Source: Desulfobacteraceae bacterium
Lineage (GTDB): Bacteria; Desulfobacterota; Syntrophobacteria; Syntrophobacterales; Syntrophobacteraceae
Reading direction: 5' to 3'
NCBI GenBank assembly: GCA_021372055.1
Contig: JAJFVB010000240.1
Location: 505-64,504 of the forward strand
DNA: 64,000 nucleotides
Part shown: in pieces, positions 9,062 through 18,140 of the stretch
Numbering within the stretch: position 1 is the stretch's first letter
Layout: each line of letters opens with the position of its first letter
The notes under the pieces: model-generated
What the model was told of the DNA's origin: nothing
What the model saw: only the letters and a program-made list of their open reading frames with translations
The model's database searches: none
Program-made: the position numbers and the translations under genes

Positions 9062-11299
9062 CTATTTGCCCTCGTCGTCCGGCTTTTGCCCGCTCGTCGG
9101 CCCGCTTTTCGACAATGCATCGGCTATCGGTTGAAGGTCAAGAAACCACTGCTGCACGGGGCGATCGTGTTCGAGATCCATTTGCTTGAACGCGTCGGCT
9201 ATGGAGCAGGGGGAGATCGCGCCCGCCTGAATTCCGAACACGAGCACATCGTTGCTGTGGGTTTCGAGCGCCCTGATCAGCGCGTTTGCCGCGGCGGCCC
9301 CCATCCTGCAGGCCAGTATCCGGTCAAAAGCGCTCGGTATGCCGCCCCTCTGGACGTGTCCGAGCACGGCCGTCCGGACCTCGAACTCCTTATGGCTCTC
9401 CTCTTCGAGAAGATTGCGCAGGAAATCGGTCGTATAGTGAAACGAGGCATCCTCGTTGCGCATATAGATGACCATACGCTTTCCGCTCTCGAAACTCTCT
9501 TTGAGCTCGATGACATCCCTGTTCAATTCGGCCAGGCTTATGCCGGTCTCCGGCAGGTACGCCTTTTCGGCCCCTGTCGCCATTGCGCCCATGAGCGCCA
9601 GGAAACCGCATTCCTTGCCCATGACCTCGACGATGAACGCACGGCGCGTGGCGCCCGCGGTGTGGCGGATCTTGTCCACGGCGTCGACGATGTTGTTTAA
9701 GGCCGTGTCGGAACCGATGCAGAGTTCGCTTGAAGGAAGATTGTTGTCGATGGAAGCCGGAACGAGCATGATCGGGATGTTGAACTCGGGGAATTTCGAA
9801 CGCATCGAAACGAATTGTTCGATCCTCTGGTAGGTTCCCCAGCCCCCGATCGCGATGGCCCCCTTTATGTTGAATTTTCGGATATTCTCGGCAATTTTGG
9901 CAAAATCGCCCTCGAGCAGATCGAAACGCGCGGTTCCGATGTCGGAACTCGGACGTCCCACCCAGTCGACGAGTTCATGCCAGTCAAGCTGGATGAAATC
10001 CCCGTGAATCAGGCCATAGAACTCGTCGCGGCAGCCCAGGGCCTCGACGCCTTCGTTCAGGATGTGCCGGGCGGCCACGCTTACCGCCGCGTTCATTCCG
10101 GGCGCGTCCGCTCCCCCGGTGAGTATGACCACTTTGCCGTCGTCGCGGGATTCATGGGCCGGGTGAAGGCGCGTCAGGGTCTTGACCAGGTTCAGCATAT
10201 TCTGGAAGCCGTCGCCCCGCAACTGGATCGCCTTGGCAAAGTTCCCGCTCTCGATCTCCCTCTTGACGGTCCGCGTGTCCTCCACGACCGTCATGAGCGG
10301 TGTTGCCACAACCTTGTTCTTTTTCACTCCAACCATGTGCCGGTGAATCACATCGGGCTCGTCGAGGAGCAGATCCACCGCGGCCACTCCCAAACGGGTG
10401 GAAAGGATCCTGTCGAAAGCCGACGGGGCGCCGCCACGCTGGATATGCCCGAGCACGGTCAGCCGCACGTCGAGCCCGAGCCTCTCCTGGAGAATCTTCG
10501 TGATGTCTCTCGATTCTATCCGGAGACCGTCGGGATGCCTTGCGCCTTCGGCCACGACGACCATCTGATGGGTCATGCCGACTTTTCGCGCCTTCTCGAT
10601 AGTGTCGACCATCTTCTGATGCCAGCGCAGCTCGAGTTCCTGCTCCGGGATGAGCGCCCAGGTGGCCCCACCCGCGAGAGTTCCGGCCAGGGCGAGGTAT
10701 CCGCAGTTTCTGCCCATGGTTTCCACCACGAACGTGCGCTGGTGAGAGGCGGCGGTGGAGGTGAGATCGTCTATCGCATGCACGATGTGGTTCAGGGCGG
10801 TGTCCGCCCCGATGGACATATCCGTTCCGCTCAGGTCGTTATCGATGGAACCGGGCAGCCCCACCACCTGCAGAACCGGCTCACCGGTTGCGGCCTCCCT
10901 GAGGTCGGCCCGGGCCTCGAATACCTGCGCCGCCAGTTCGGGCCATTCGACCGAGAGTTGATGGGCTCCCATCAGGGAACCGTCCCCGCCTATTACGATG
11001 AGGGCGTCAATACCCAGCGCGAGTATGTTTTCGGCTGCCCGGCGGCGGCCCTCGATCGTCCTGAACTGCTCCGAACGGGCCGTGCCGAGGAAAGTCCCGC
11101 CACGCTGCAGAATGCCGCCCACATCGTTCCAGCCCAGCTTTTTGATGAGGCCCCCCCCCTGGACGAGTCCCTCATACCCGCTAAAGATCCCATACACCTC
11201 GATTTGATTGTCGAGAGCGCGGCGCACAACCGCTCGAATGGCCGCATTCATTCCCGGAGAATCCCCACCGCTGGTCATGACTCCTAGAGACTTGATCAT
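9062..11299 (-). CDS. pfk: Tandem-duplicated (two-domain, ~746 aa) ATP-dependent 6-phosphofructokinase
   Basis: N-half motifs: GVMTSGGDSPGMNAAIR, IGGDGS, PGSIDNDL, MGRNCGYLAL, LGHIQRGG. C-half repeats the set: LTGGADAPGMNAAV, IGGWGT, PASIDNNL, MGKECGFLAL, LGHVQRGG. The ATG at 11299 (MIKSLGV) has an AGAGAGG RBS. Confidence 0.85.
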   Translation of the reverse strand: MIKSLGVMTSGGDSPGMNAAIRAVVRRALDNQIEVYGIFSGYEGLVQGGGLIKKLGWNDVGGILQRGGTFLGTARSEQFRTIEGRRRAAENILALGIDALIVIGGDGSLMGAHQLSVEWPELAAQVFEARADLREAATGEPVLQVVGLPGSIDNDLSGTDMSIGADTALNHIVHAIDDLTSTAASHQRTFVVETMGRNCGYLALAGTLAGGATWALIPEQELELRWHQKMVDTIEKARKVGMTHQMVVVAEGARHPDGLRIESRDITKILQERLGLDVRLTVLGHIQRGGAPSAFDRILSTRLGVAAVDLLLDEPDVIHRHMVGVKKNKVVATPLMTVVEDTRTVKREIESGNFAKAIQLRGDGFQNMLNLVKTLTRLHPAHESRDDGKVVILTGGADAPGMNAAVSVAARHILNEGVEALGCRDEFYGLIHGDFIQLDWHELVDWVGRPSSDIGTARFDLLEGDFAKIAENIRKFNIKGAIAIGGWGTYQRIEQFVSMRSKFPEFNIPIMLVPASIDNNLPSSELCIGSDTALNNIVDAVDKIRHTAGATRRAFIVEVMGKECGFLALMGAMATGAEKAYLPETGISLAELNRDVIELKESFESGKRMVIYMRNEDASFHYTTDFLRNLLEEESHKEFEVRTAVLGHVQRGGIPSAFDRILACRMGAAAANALIRALETHSNDVLVFGIQAGAISPCSIADAFKQMDLEHDRPVQQWFLDLQPIADALSKSGPTSGQKPDDEGK

Positions 11300-11703
11300 A
11301 CGAGACCTCTCTGCTGGTTTGGTCAACGAAACAGTACCTCGGAGCGAATATTCCCGGTATTCTAATACAATATTGTCGCCGAATGCACCGGGAAAAGTTT
11401 TCCCCGAGACCATCCGTTACAGTCCATGTGGGTCCACCCGGTTTTTTGCTTTGATTCATTGAGCCAATATCGGTAAGATTCCGTCGATTGAGGGAGCCGA
11501 AAAGCGGGAGAATTATCCCGGCAGACTTTTCATCAATGGGGCAATATATTCGTCTGAGCGTGCCCGCGGGATTCGGCGGTACGGGCCGGCATGAAAAAGG
11601 TTTACCGGTTTTTGCAGCCGGGGCCTTTTGCGCCAATGAAGGGGTTTTGCGCTCGGAGGATTCGGCCAGGAAACGCTAACATATTGTAGAGAAAGATATT
11701 TTC

Positions 11704-13131
11704 ATGATTATTCCGGTGATTTTGTCCGGCGGCATTGGTTCCCGTTTGTGGCCTCTTTCCCGCGAGCACCTGCCAAAGCAGCTCATGCCCCTCATGGGGG
11801 GCACGTATTCCCTTTTTCAGGAAACGCTCATCCGGCTGTCGGCTATTGCGCAAGTATTGCCTCCCATCATCGTATGCAACGAGAGCCATCGTTTCATGGC
11901 CGCGGCACAAATGCAGGACATCCAGCTTGCGCACACCGAGATCATCCTCGAACCGGTCGGGAGGAACACCTGCCCGGCCATAGCCGTGGCGGCGCTGGCA
12001 GCCTCGAAAGACGAGGCCGATCCGACCCTGCTGGTTGTGCCCGCAGACCATCTGATCCAGAATGGCGCTCTTTTCGCGTCCATCGTCTCAGCCGCCGAAC
12101 CCCTGGCCGACTCCGGAAACATAATCACCTTCGGCATCGTTCCCGACCGCCCGGAGACCGGCTTCGGTTATATCCGCCGCAGCGGGGTCATCGACTCGAA
12201 CGGCTTGCCGGACGGCGCATACCGCGTCAGTGAGTTTTGCGAAAAGCCCGAGCACGAAAGAGCCCTCGCCTATGTGGAATCGAAGGAGTACTTCTGGAAC
12301 AGCGGTATGTTCATGTTCCGGGCGTCCGAATTCCTGAGGGAACTCAAGCAGTATTCTCCCGAAATCCTCAAGGCGTGCTCGGAGTCTTACAAGAAAGCCA
12401 GACGGGACCTGGATTTCACGCGACTCGATGAAAACACCTTTACCTCCAACCCGAGCATCTCGATCGATTACGCTCTCATGGAAAAAACGCCCAACGCGGT
12501 GGTGATCCCCATGGATGTGGGTTGGAGCGACGTCGGAAGCTGGCTCTCGCTCCACGAGGTCTGCCGGAAGGACAACGATCACAACGTGCTCACCGGGGAC
12601 ATCGTGACGGAGGATGTCCAGAACTGCTACATCCGTTCCGAAAACAGACTTGTCGCCGCCCTGGGCATCAAGGATCAGATCATCATCGAGACCAAGGACG
12701 CCATCCTCGTATCGTCCCTGGACCGTTCCCAGGATGTGAAGACCATCGTCAACAAGCTGAAGAAAAATCAGCGCGAGGAGGCTCTGTTCCACGCCCAGAC
12801 CTATCGCCCCTGGGGATCCTATGAAAACATCGACTTCGGCGACCGGTTCAAGGTAAAGCGCATCACCGTCAACCCGGGCGCATGCCTTTCGCTCCAGATG
12901 CACTATCACAGGGCGGAACACTGGGTCGTGGTCAGGGGAACCGCCAAGATCACCAAGGGTGACGAAGTGTTCCTCCTGAACGAGGACCAGAGTACCTATA
13001 TCCCGTACGGCACGAATCACAGGCTCGAAAATCCGGGAAAAATTCCCCTGGAACTCATTGAGGTTCAGTCGGGAAGCTACCTCGGCGAAGACGATATTTT
13101 CCGTTTCGAGGACAATTACGGCCGCTGCTAG
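11704..13131 (+). CDS. manC: Bifunctional mannose-1-phosphate guanylyltransferase / mannose-6-phosphate isomerase (type II PMI cupin)
   Basis: MIIPVILSGGIGSRLWPLSRE nucleotidyltransferase start. C-terminal cupin RPWGSYENI ... SLQMHYHRAEHWVVV ... NHRLENPG. 475 aa, typical of ManC/CpsB/XanB. Confidence 0.9.
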   Translation: MIIPVILSGGIGSRLWPLSREHLPKQLMPLMGGTYSLFQETLIRLSAIAQVLPPIIVCNESHRFMAAAQMQDIQLAHTEIILEPVGRNTCPAIAVAALAASKDEADPTLLVVPADHLIQNGALFASIVSAAEPLADSGNIITFGIVPDRPETGFGYIRRSGVIDSNGLPDGAYRVSEFCEKPEHERALAYVESKEYFWNSGMFMFRASEFLRELKQYSPEILKACSESYKKARRDLDFTRLDENTFTSNPSISIDYALMEKTPNAVVIPMDVGWSDVGSWLSLHEVCRKDNDHNVLTGDIVTEDVQNCYIRSENRLVAALGIKDQIIIETKDAILVSSLDRSQDVKTIVNKLKKNQREEALFHAQTYRPWGSYENIDFGDRFKVKRITVNPGACLSLQMHYHRAEHWVVVRGTAKITKGDEVFLLNEDQSTYIPYGTNHRLENPGKIPLELIEVQSGSYLGEDDIFRFEDNYGRC

Positions 13132-13156
13132 AACGCGTCCGGCGGCAGTCCGAGCG

Positions 13157-13471
13157 CTACTTGAGCCTGACGACCGGATTGTGCTGCTTCTGATGGATCA
13201 TCAGGCTGTTGCGGTCAAGCAACCCCAGTATCCTGCCCCTATCGAGCCTGTAGGTCTCTTCCTGGACGGTCCGCTCGTAGAGATTCCGGACATAGGCGAG
13301 GTTTGCATTGAGCGTGGAAGCCTCGCCTGCCGTCAGATCCCCCCGCGCCAGGCGGAACCTGATCGCGTTCTGCTGCTCGGCAAGCTTTTCCGAAATCCCA
13401 TCCTGGGAAAAAGCCGTTCCGAAAAACGCTAGAGATAGGACAAGAAAGAGTATCGCGCTTCGAATCTGCAT
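13157..13471 (-). CDS. Small secreted hypothetical protein
   Basis: Internal ATG at 13471 gives MQIRSAILFLVLSLAFFGTAFSQ, a signal peptide. Convergent with manC. Confidence 0.5.
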   Translation of the reverse strand: MQIRSAILFLVLSLAFFGTAFSQDGISEKLAEQQNAIRFRLARGDLTAGEASTLNANLAYVRNLYERTVQEETYRLDRGRILGLLDRNSLMIHQKQHNPVVRLK

Positions 13472-14338
13472 CCTGCACCCCTGCTGTCCCGTATGGAATG
13501 CGAGTGAACTCCGGGCAGGCTCGACGGGAGCCCGTCCGGATTCCACAGTGCGCTTGAAGATACTACCAAACTGACGTTTTTGAAAGCGGGAGCGCTTTGT
13601 TCGACAAGCGTTTCCCGAATCCCCGCATCAGCTGCCCGAAGCCTCCCCGCCCGGGAACAACAGGATCGTGCCTCCAATTTCAGGACCGTGAGCGAATTAG
13701 CCTTTCACAGCATCTGCTGTTGTGGGATAATGGGCTCCAATCACCCCACCCATTCCATGAAACATGGCCCATCCTCAGGGCTTCACGGCGAAATCACGCC
13801 AAACGCCGTGGTGTGAAGACGGATTGTGTTAAGAAAAACCTCTGAACGGCCGATAGACTTGTCAGCCAAAGCTTTCGGGTTGATGTAATCGGGTTTGCGG
13901 AGCTTTGAGAATCCAAAGATTACAAAAATTCGCCACATGCGATCAGTTTAAGAGATGATCCGGTATACTATTCAACATCTCATCATAATCAGGGTGCAGC
14001 ATGGTAAACACAATCTGTAAATGGCTCGAAAACGCTGTCTGCCGGATCTGCGGCCTCGGCGACAGCATTCTGGATAGGATTTTCAAAAGGTCCCCCACCA
14101 CCAGGGATGCTTTTCTCGACGGGACGGGAAAGAAGGAACCCTCCAAGGAAGGGACTCTGCGCAACTCAAGAAGCGAATCCGTCCTGTTCCAGGGTTGAGT
14201 GGCGCTGGAGGACGGATGCATGATCATCCCGGTTCCGTTTATTCCCGGTGCGGTGCGCGCCGCCGCCTGCGGAAAGAAGGGATGACGGTCCTTCGCCCTT
14301 TTGTCTGATGTGCCTTTCCGAACCCGGCACACTTTCGT

Positions 14339-16810
14339 ATGATAAGGCCCTTGCCACTCCTCCGAATTGTTTGCACCATTCTTGTGTTTGTCCTCTCCTG
14401 CGGGGAGTGTTCCGCTTCCACCGCTGGCCCGGCCCCGTCCGCTCCCGGTCGTGAGTTCCTGCAATGGCAGGCGGAGCCGGGCGTGACCATCGAGGTCGAA
14501 AACCCGGTCGACCCGAACAAGGGCGCAAAGGCCATCCGGATATCCGGGACTCAGGAAGACCGCTGGAGCTATGCCGTTACAACGGACACTCTGAGCCTCG
14601 AACCCGGCGCGAAATACCACCTTGAAGGCTGGCTGAGGCTTGATTTCCTCTCCGATCCCAGGCAACCGCCCTTCCTCAAGGCAGGCGTCCTTGACCAAGC
14701 AGGGCAAGGGGTTGCGGGTTTTAACACCGGCAAATCCGATATTCTTCTGATGCATGAATGGCAGAGACTCTCCTGTGAATTTCAGGCAACAGGCAGGATG
14801 AATCGATGCTATCTGGCCGTCGAGAAAGGCACCAGGAACCGGATCGGCGTGAAACTGGCGATCCGGGACGTCAGGCTTTCGAAAATTGACCGGGCAACGC
14901 CTCCCGAGAGGCCTGCATTCGGATCCGCGCCGCCCGGCCTCAAGGAACTGGCTGCGCAGCGCCCGCGCCTCTTCATGCGCGGAACGGACACAAGCAGGCT
15001 GCGCTCCAAGCTTTCCCGGTATCCCTATTCGAAGTTCTGGACCGCCGTCAAAACGAAGGCCGACGGCTTCGTGAGCGAAGTTCCTCCCCTGCAGTTGACC
15101 GGCGATATCCGTTCCCTTGGCAATAAATTGCCGCCTGCCGCCATGGCCTTTCTCCTGACGGGAAAGGCCGAGTACCTGAGGGGAGTCAGGAAGTGGATGG
15201 ATGCGTTCGTTTCCTACCCGAATTGGCCGGACAACAGGGATCTGGGGGCCGCTCACGTTCTATTCGGCATGTCCGTTGCCTACGACTGGCTGCATGACAG
15301 GTTCACTCCCGAGGAACGGTCCAGGTATCGGAAGAAAATACTTCATCACGCCGAAATTCTTTACGCCGCACTGCGCGGCCGGGAGATCTGGTGGGCAAAC
15401 GAGCTTCTGCAAAATCATAATTATACCAATGTCATGGCGATTGCCGTGGCTGGGGTCGCGCTCTATGGAGAATGCCCCGAAGCCGAATCCTATCTCGCGG
15501 TCGCCGAATCGAATTTCCGGAAAGTCCTCGGCCTGCTTTCTCCCGATGGAGCGTCCCAGGAAGGAATCGGATATTGGGGTTACGCCACAGACTCGCTCCT
15601 GAAGTATTTCAGGGCCGTTGAACCCGTCTACGGCATGAACGCGGTTCTGGCGAACCCCTATTTTGCGAATTGCGCCGGGTTCAGGTTGCATGCATCCCTG
15701 CCCGGCTATCGCGAAAACGTGGATTTCGGGGATTCGCCGCGTTTCGACTGGAACGGACCGGGCCGGATCCTGCGCTGCCTGGCTTCGCTTTTCCGGGATG
15801 GAACGGCACAGTGGCTTGCCGAAAGAATCGAGACAGCGCGGGGAACACATGCCGATCTTTCCTGGGAAGATCTCCTCTGGCACGATGAAACGGTGAAACC
15901 CGTCCCGCCCGACAGATTCCCGACGAGCGCCTATTTCGAAAATATGGGCATTATCATCAGCAGGAGCGGCTGGACCGATGATGCGTGCTGGACTTTCTTC
16001 AAGGCCGGCGCCCCCCAGGGACGCAACTCGCGGGACAAGGTCCCGGCGAGCACGCACTCCCATCCCGACCAAGGCGGCTTCCTCCTGTGGGCCTTCGGGA
16101 AATGGCTCGTGATCGACGACGGCTACGTCTACCTCAAGCGAACATACAACCATAACCTTTCCATCTTCAACGGCAGAGGCCAACTGGGCGAAGGCAAGAA
16201 ATGGTTCGACTTTCCGCCGCTTGCGGAGGGCGTTGAAACGGCTGCCGTCGTGCACCACGCCAAACAGCCTTCGTTCGAATACATTGTCGCCGATTTGACG
16301 AAAATCTATCCGCCGGAAGCCAATATCAAGAAGTACGAGAGAACGTTCGTTATCCTGCCCAAGGGCTATCTGGTCGTAAAAGACGACGCAGTGTTCGACT
16401 CACCGGGCAGCGCAACGAGCCTCCTGCACTTCGGATCGGGGGCGCTGGAGCGCACCGGGACCGGATTTGCATTCGTTGCGGACGGCAAATCGGCGTCTCT
16501 GGGGATCGAAATCTTTCCGGAAGGCGACTCCGTGATCTCGGCCTTGGACTTCACCATCCCCCGGAACGAACAGAACCGCGACACGTACGGAAACTACTCC
16601 GGCAGACTGCTTAAGCTGAACCGGGAAAACGCCGACCGAAATTCCACGGTTTACCTGCTGCGGCCATCGAAATCCGTTTCGACGCAGCCCCGTATCGCAA
16701 GCTTCGAGGGCGACCGGCTTCAATTCGACGATGCGCACGTTTCCTTTTCCGTCGATTTTGCCGCTCGAAGCGTCCGGGTTCCCTTGAGAGCCCGGTCGGA
16801 AACACCTTGA
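14339..16810 (+). CDS. Secreted heparinase II/III-like (polysaccharide lyase-like) protein with N-terminal CBM-like beta-sandwich
   Basis: Signal peptide MIRPLPLLRIVCTILVFVLSCGECSAS. N-terminal ~170 aa resemble a carbohydrate-binding module (IRDVRLSKI end). Alpha/alpha toroid region follows. C-terminal HSHPDQGGFLLWAFGKWLVIDDGY is typical of Hepar_II_III. Confidence 0.75.
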   Translation: MIRPLPLLRIVCTILVFVLSCGECSASTAGPAPSAPGREFLQWQAEPGVTIEVENPVDPNKGAKAIRISGTQEDRWSYAVTTDTLSLEPGAKYHLEGWLRLDFLSDPRQPPFLKAGVLDQAGQGVAGFNTGKSDILLMHEWQRLSCEFQATGRMNRCYLAVEKGTRNRIGVKLAIRDVRLSKIDRATPPERPAFGSAPPGLKELAAQRPRLFMRGTDTSRLRSKLSRYPYSKFWTAVKTKADGFVSEVPPLQLTGDIRSLGNKLPPAAMAFLLTGKAEYLRGVRKWMDAFVSYPNWPDNRDLGAAHVLFGMSVAYDWLHDRFTPEERSRYRKKILHHAEILYAALRGREIWWANELLQNHNYTNVMAIAVAGVALYGECPEAESYLAVAESNFRKVLGLLSPDGASQEGIGYWGYATDSLLKYFRAVEPVYGMNAVLANPYFANCAGFRLHASLPGYRENVDFGDSPRFDWNGPGRILRCLASLFRDGTAQWLAERIETARGTHADLSWEDLLWHDETVKPVPPDRFPTSAYFENMGIIISRSGWTDDACWTFFKAGAPQGRNSRDKVPASTHSHPDQGGFLLWAFGKWLVIDDGYVYLKRTYNHNLSIFNGRGQLGEGKKWFDFPPLAEGVETAAVVHHAKQPSFEYIVADLTKIYPPEANIKKYERTFVILPKGYLVVKDDAVFDSPGSATSLLHFGSGALERTGTGFAFVADGKSASLGIEIFPEGDSVISALDFTIPRNEQNRDTYGNYSGRLLKLNRENADRNSTVYLLRPSKSVSTQPRIASFEGDRLQFDDAHVSFSVDFAARSVRVPLRARSETP

Positions 16811-18051
16811 GACTGCAGGAAAAAGGCATTCACGAGTTGCGCAGCGCCAAGGACGGAATCCGGGTGCTCACCACGATATTCGACTTCTGGCCCCGCATGG
16901 GGGGCGCGGAGAACGTCGCCTACCATCTGGTGAGCAACACCAACGATCGGGGGACAACAAACGGCGTCCTCACCGTCTCCACCGAGGAAGTCGAAGGACT
17001 GTGCGGCGGCAGGTTTATCAGGTCCGAACGGCCGGGCAACCGGTTTCAAATCGAGAGGTTTCGCCTGCTGCACATCCAAGGCAGGGAGAAGAACGGGCGC
17101 TATGCGAAATACCCGAATCTCGGCATCTACGTGGCCAACCTGATCAGGCTCCGAAACGGCTATGACCTCATACACGCGCACACGTATTACTGGCCGGCTG
17201 TCGCCTGCATTATCGCAGGCAGGATCTGCGGGAAGAAAGTGGTCGTCACGGGCCACAACACCCTGAAGCGCTACACGGCCCAAATCGAAAGAGGCGAGTT
17301 TCCCCGCTGGGCAATTTCCATTCTCAGGCATTGCGACGCCTATGTCGCCATAAGCAGGGGAATCGAAACCGAATGCCGGAAAATACTGAAACTGGACGGG
17401 AGCAAAGTTCGCTACATTCCCAACGGAATAGACGACGCCGTGTACCATCCTCCATCCGGTCCGGAAGAACGGCGCAAGCTCAGAGGCGAACTCGGATTAC
17501 CCGCCGATATTCCTCTGATCGTCTACCACGGACGGCTTGAACCCCATAAAAACGTTGAAGCTTTGATCAGATCCGTCGCGGTTCTGCGCGCCGGATCGGT
17601 CGCCGTAAGAGCTCTGGTAATGGGCAGGGGCTCGCACACGGCCGCCCTGAAGGATCTCGCCGGAAAGCTCGGCATTGCCGAAAGCGTGATCTTTCTCCCG
17701 TTCAAGCAGAACGCCGATGAATACCTGAGGTGTTCCGACATCTACTGCCTTCCCTCTTTCTATGAGGGGCACCCGCTCGCGCTGCTCGAAGCCATGTCCT
17801 CCGGGCTCGTTTGCCTTGCCTCGGATATCGACGGAAACAGGGACATCATAAGCAGCGGCCGGGACGGCATCCTGTTCGACCCTTCTGCGGCGGACGGTCT
17901 GCCCGATACGGTTTCCCGCGCGCTTGCGGGCGGAGAGGAGTTCGCCTCCATGCGGCGGGCGGCCCGTGAAAAGGTACGGGCAAAATTCTCGCTGACCGCG
18001 ATGGTCAATGCCTACAGGGAACTCTATTCGGAAATGGCGCGACTCGATTGA
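16807..18051 (+). CDS. Glycosyltransferase, GT4 family
   Basis: IRVLTTIFDFWPRMGGAENV N-terminus. C-terminal GT-B motif LPSFYEGHPLALLEAMSSGL. The TTG start overlaps the upstream stop (TTGA). Confidence 0.85.
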   Translation: MRLQEKGIHELRSAKDGIRVLTTIFDFWPRMGGAENVAYHLVSNTNDRGTTNGVLTVSTEEVEGLCGGRFIRSERPGNRFQIERFRLLHIQGREKNGRYAKYPNLGIYVANLIRLRNGYDLIHAHTYYWPAVACIIAGRICGKKVVVTGHNTLKRYTAQIERGEFPRWAISILRHCDAYVAISRGIETECRKILKLDGSKVRYIPNGIDDAVYHPPSGPEERRKLRGELGLPADIPLIVYHGRLEPHKNVEALIRSVAVLRAGSVAVRALVMGRGSHTAALKDLAGKLGIAESVIFLPFKQNADEYLRCSDIYCLPSFYEGHPLALLEAMSSGLVCLASDIDGNRDIISSGRDGILFDPSAADGLPDTVSRALAGGEEFASMRRAAREKVRAKFSLTAMVNAYRELYSEMARLD

Positions 18052-18140
18052 CGAAGCGCCGGGACGATTGCCCGGCAGGGGGAAGCGCGCGACCGTCCCA
18101 CGTCGACATAAACCGCTTGAAACGATTTTGATTCAAAGCC

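Noticed and set aside
9815-11287. 490-aa ORF on the plus strand
   Set aside because: Antisense to the phosphofructokinase gene, with no recognisable motifs.
14001-14198. 65-aa ORF in the EPS leader
   Set aside because: No RBS, no signal peptide or PEP-CTERM-like tail, and no recognisable motif. It is retained only as part of the leader-region finding.
13943-15256. 437-aa ORF on the minus strand
   Set aside because: It mostly overlaps the heparinase-like gene in antisense and has a low-complexity Arg/Pro/Gly-rich product.
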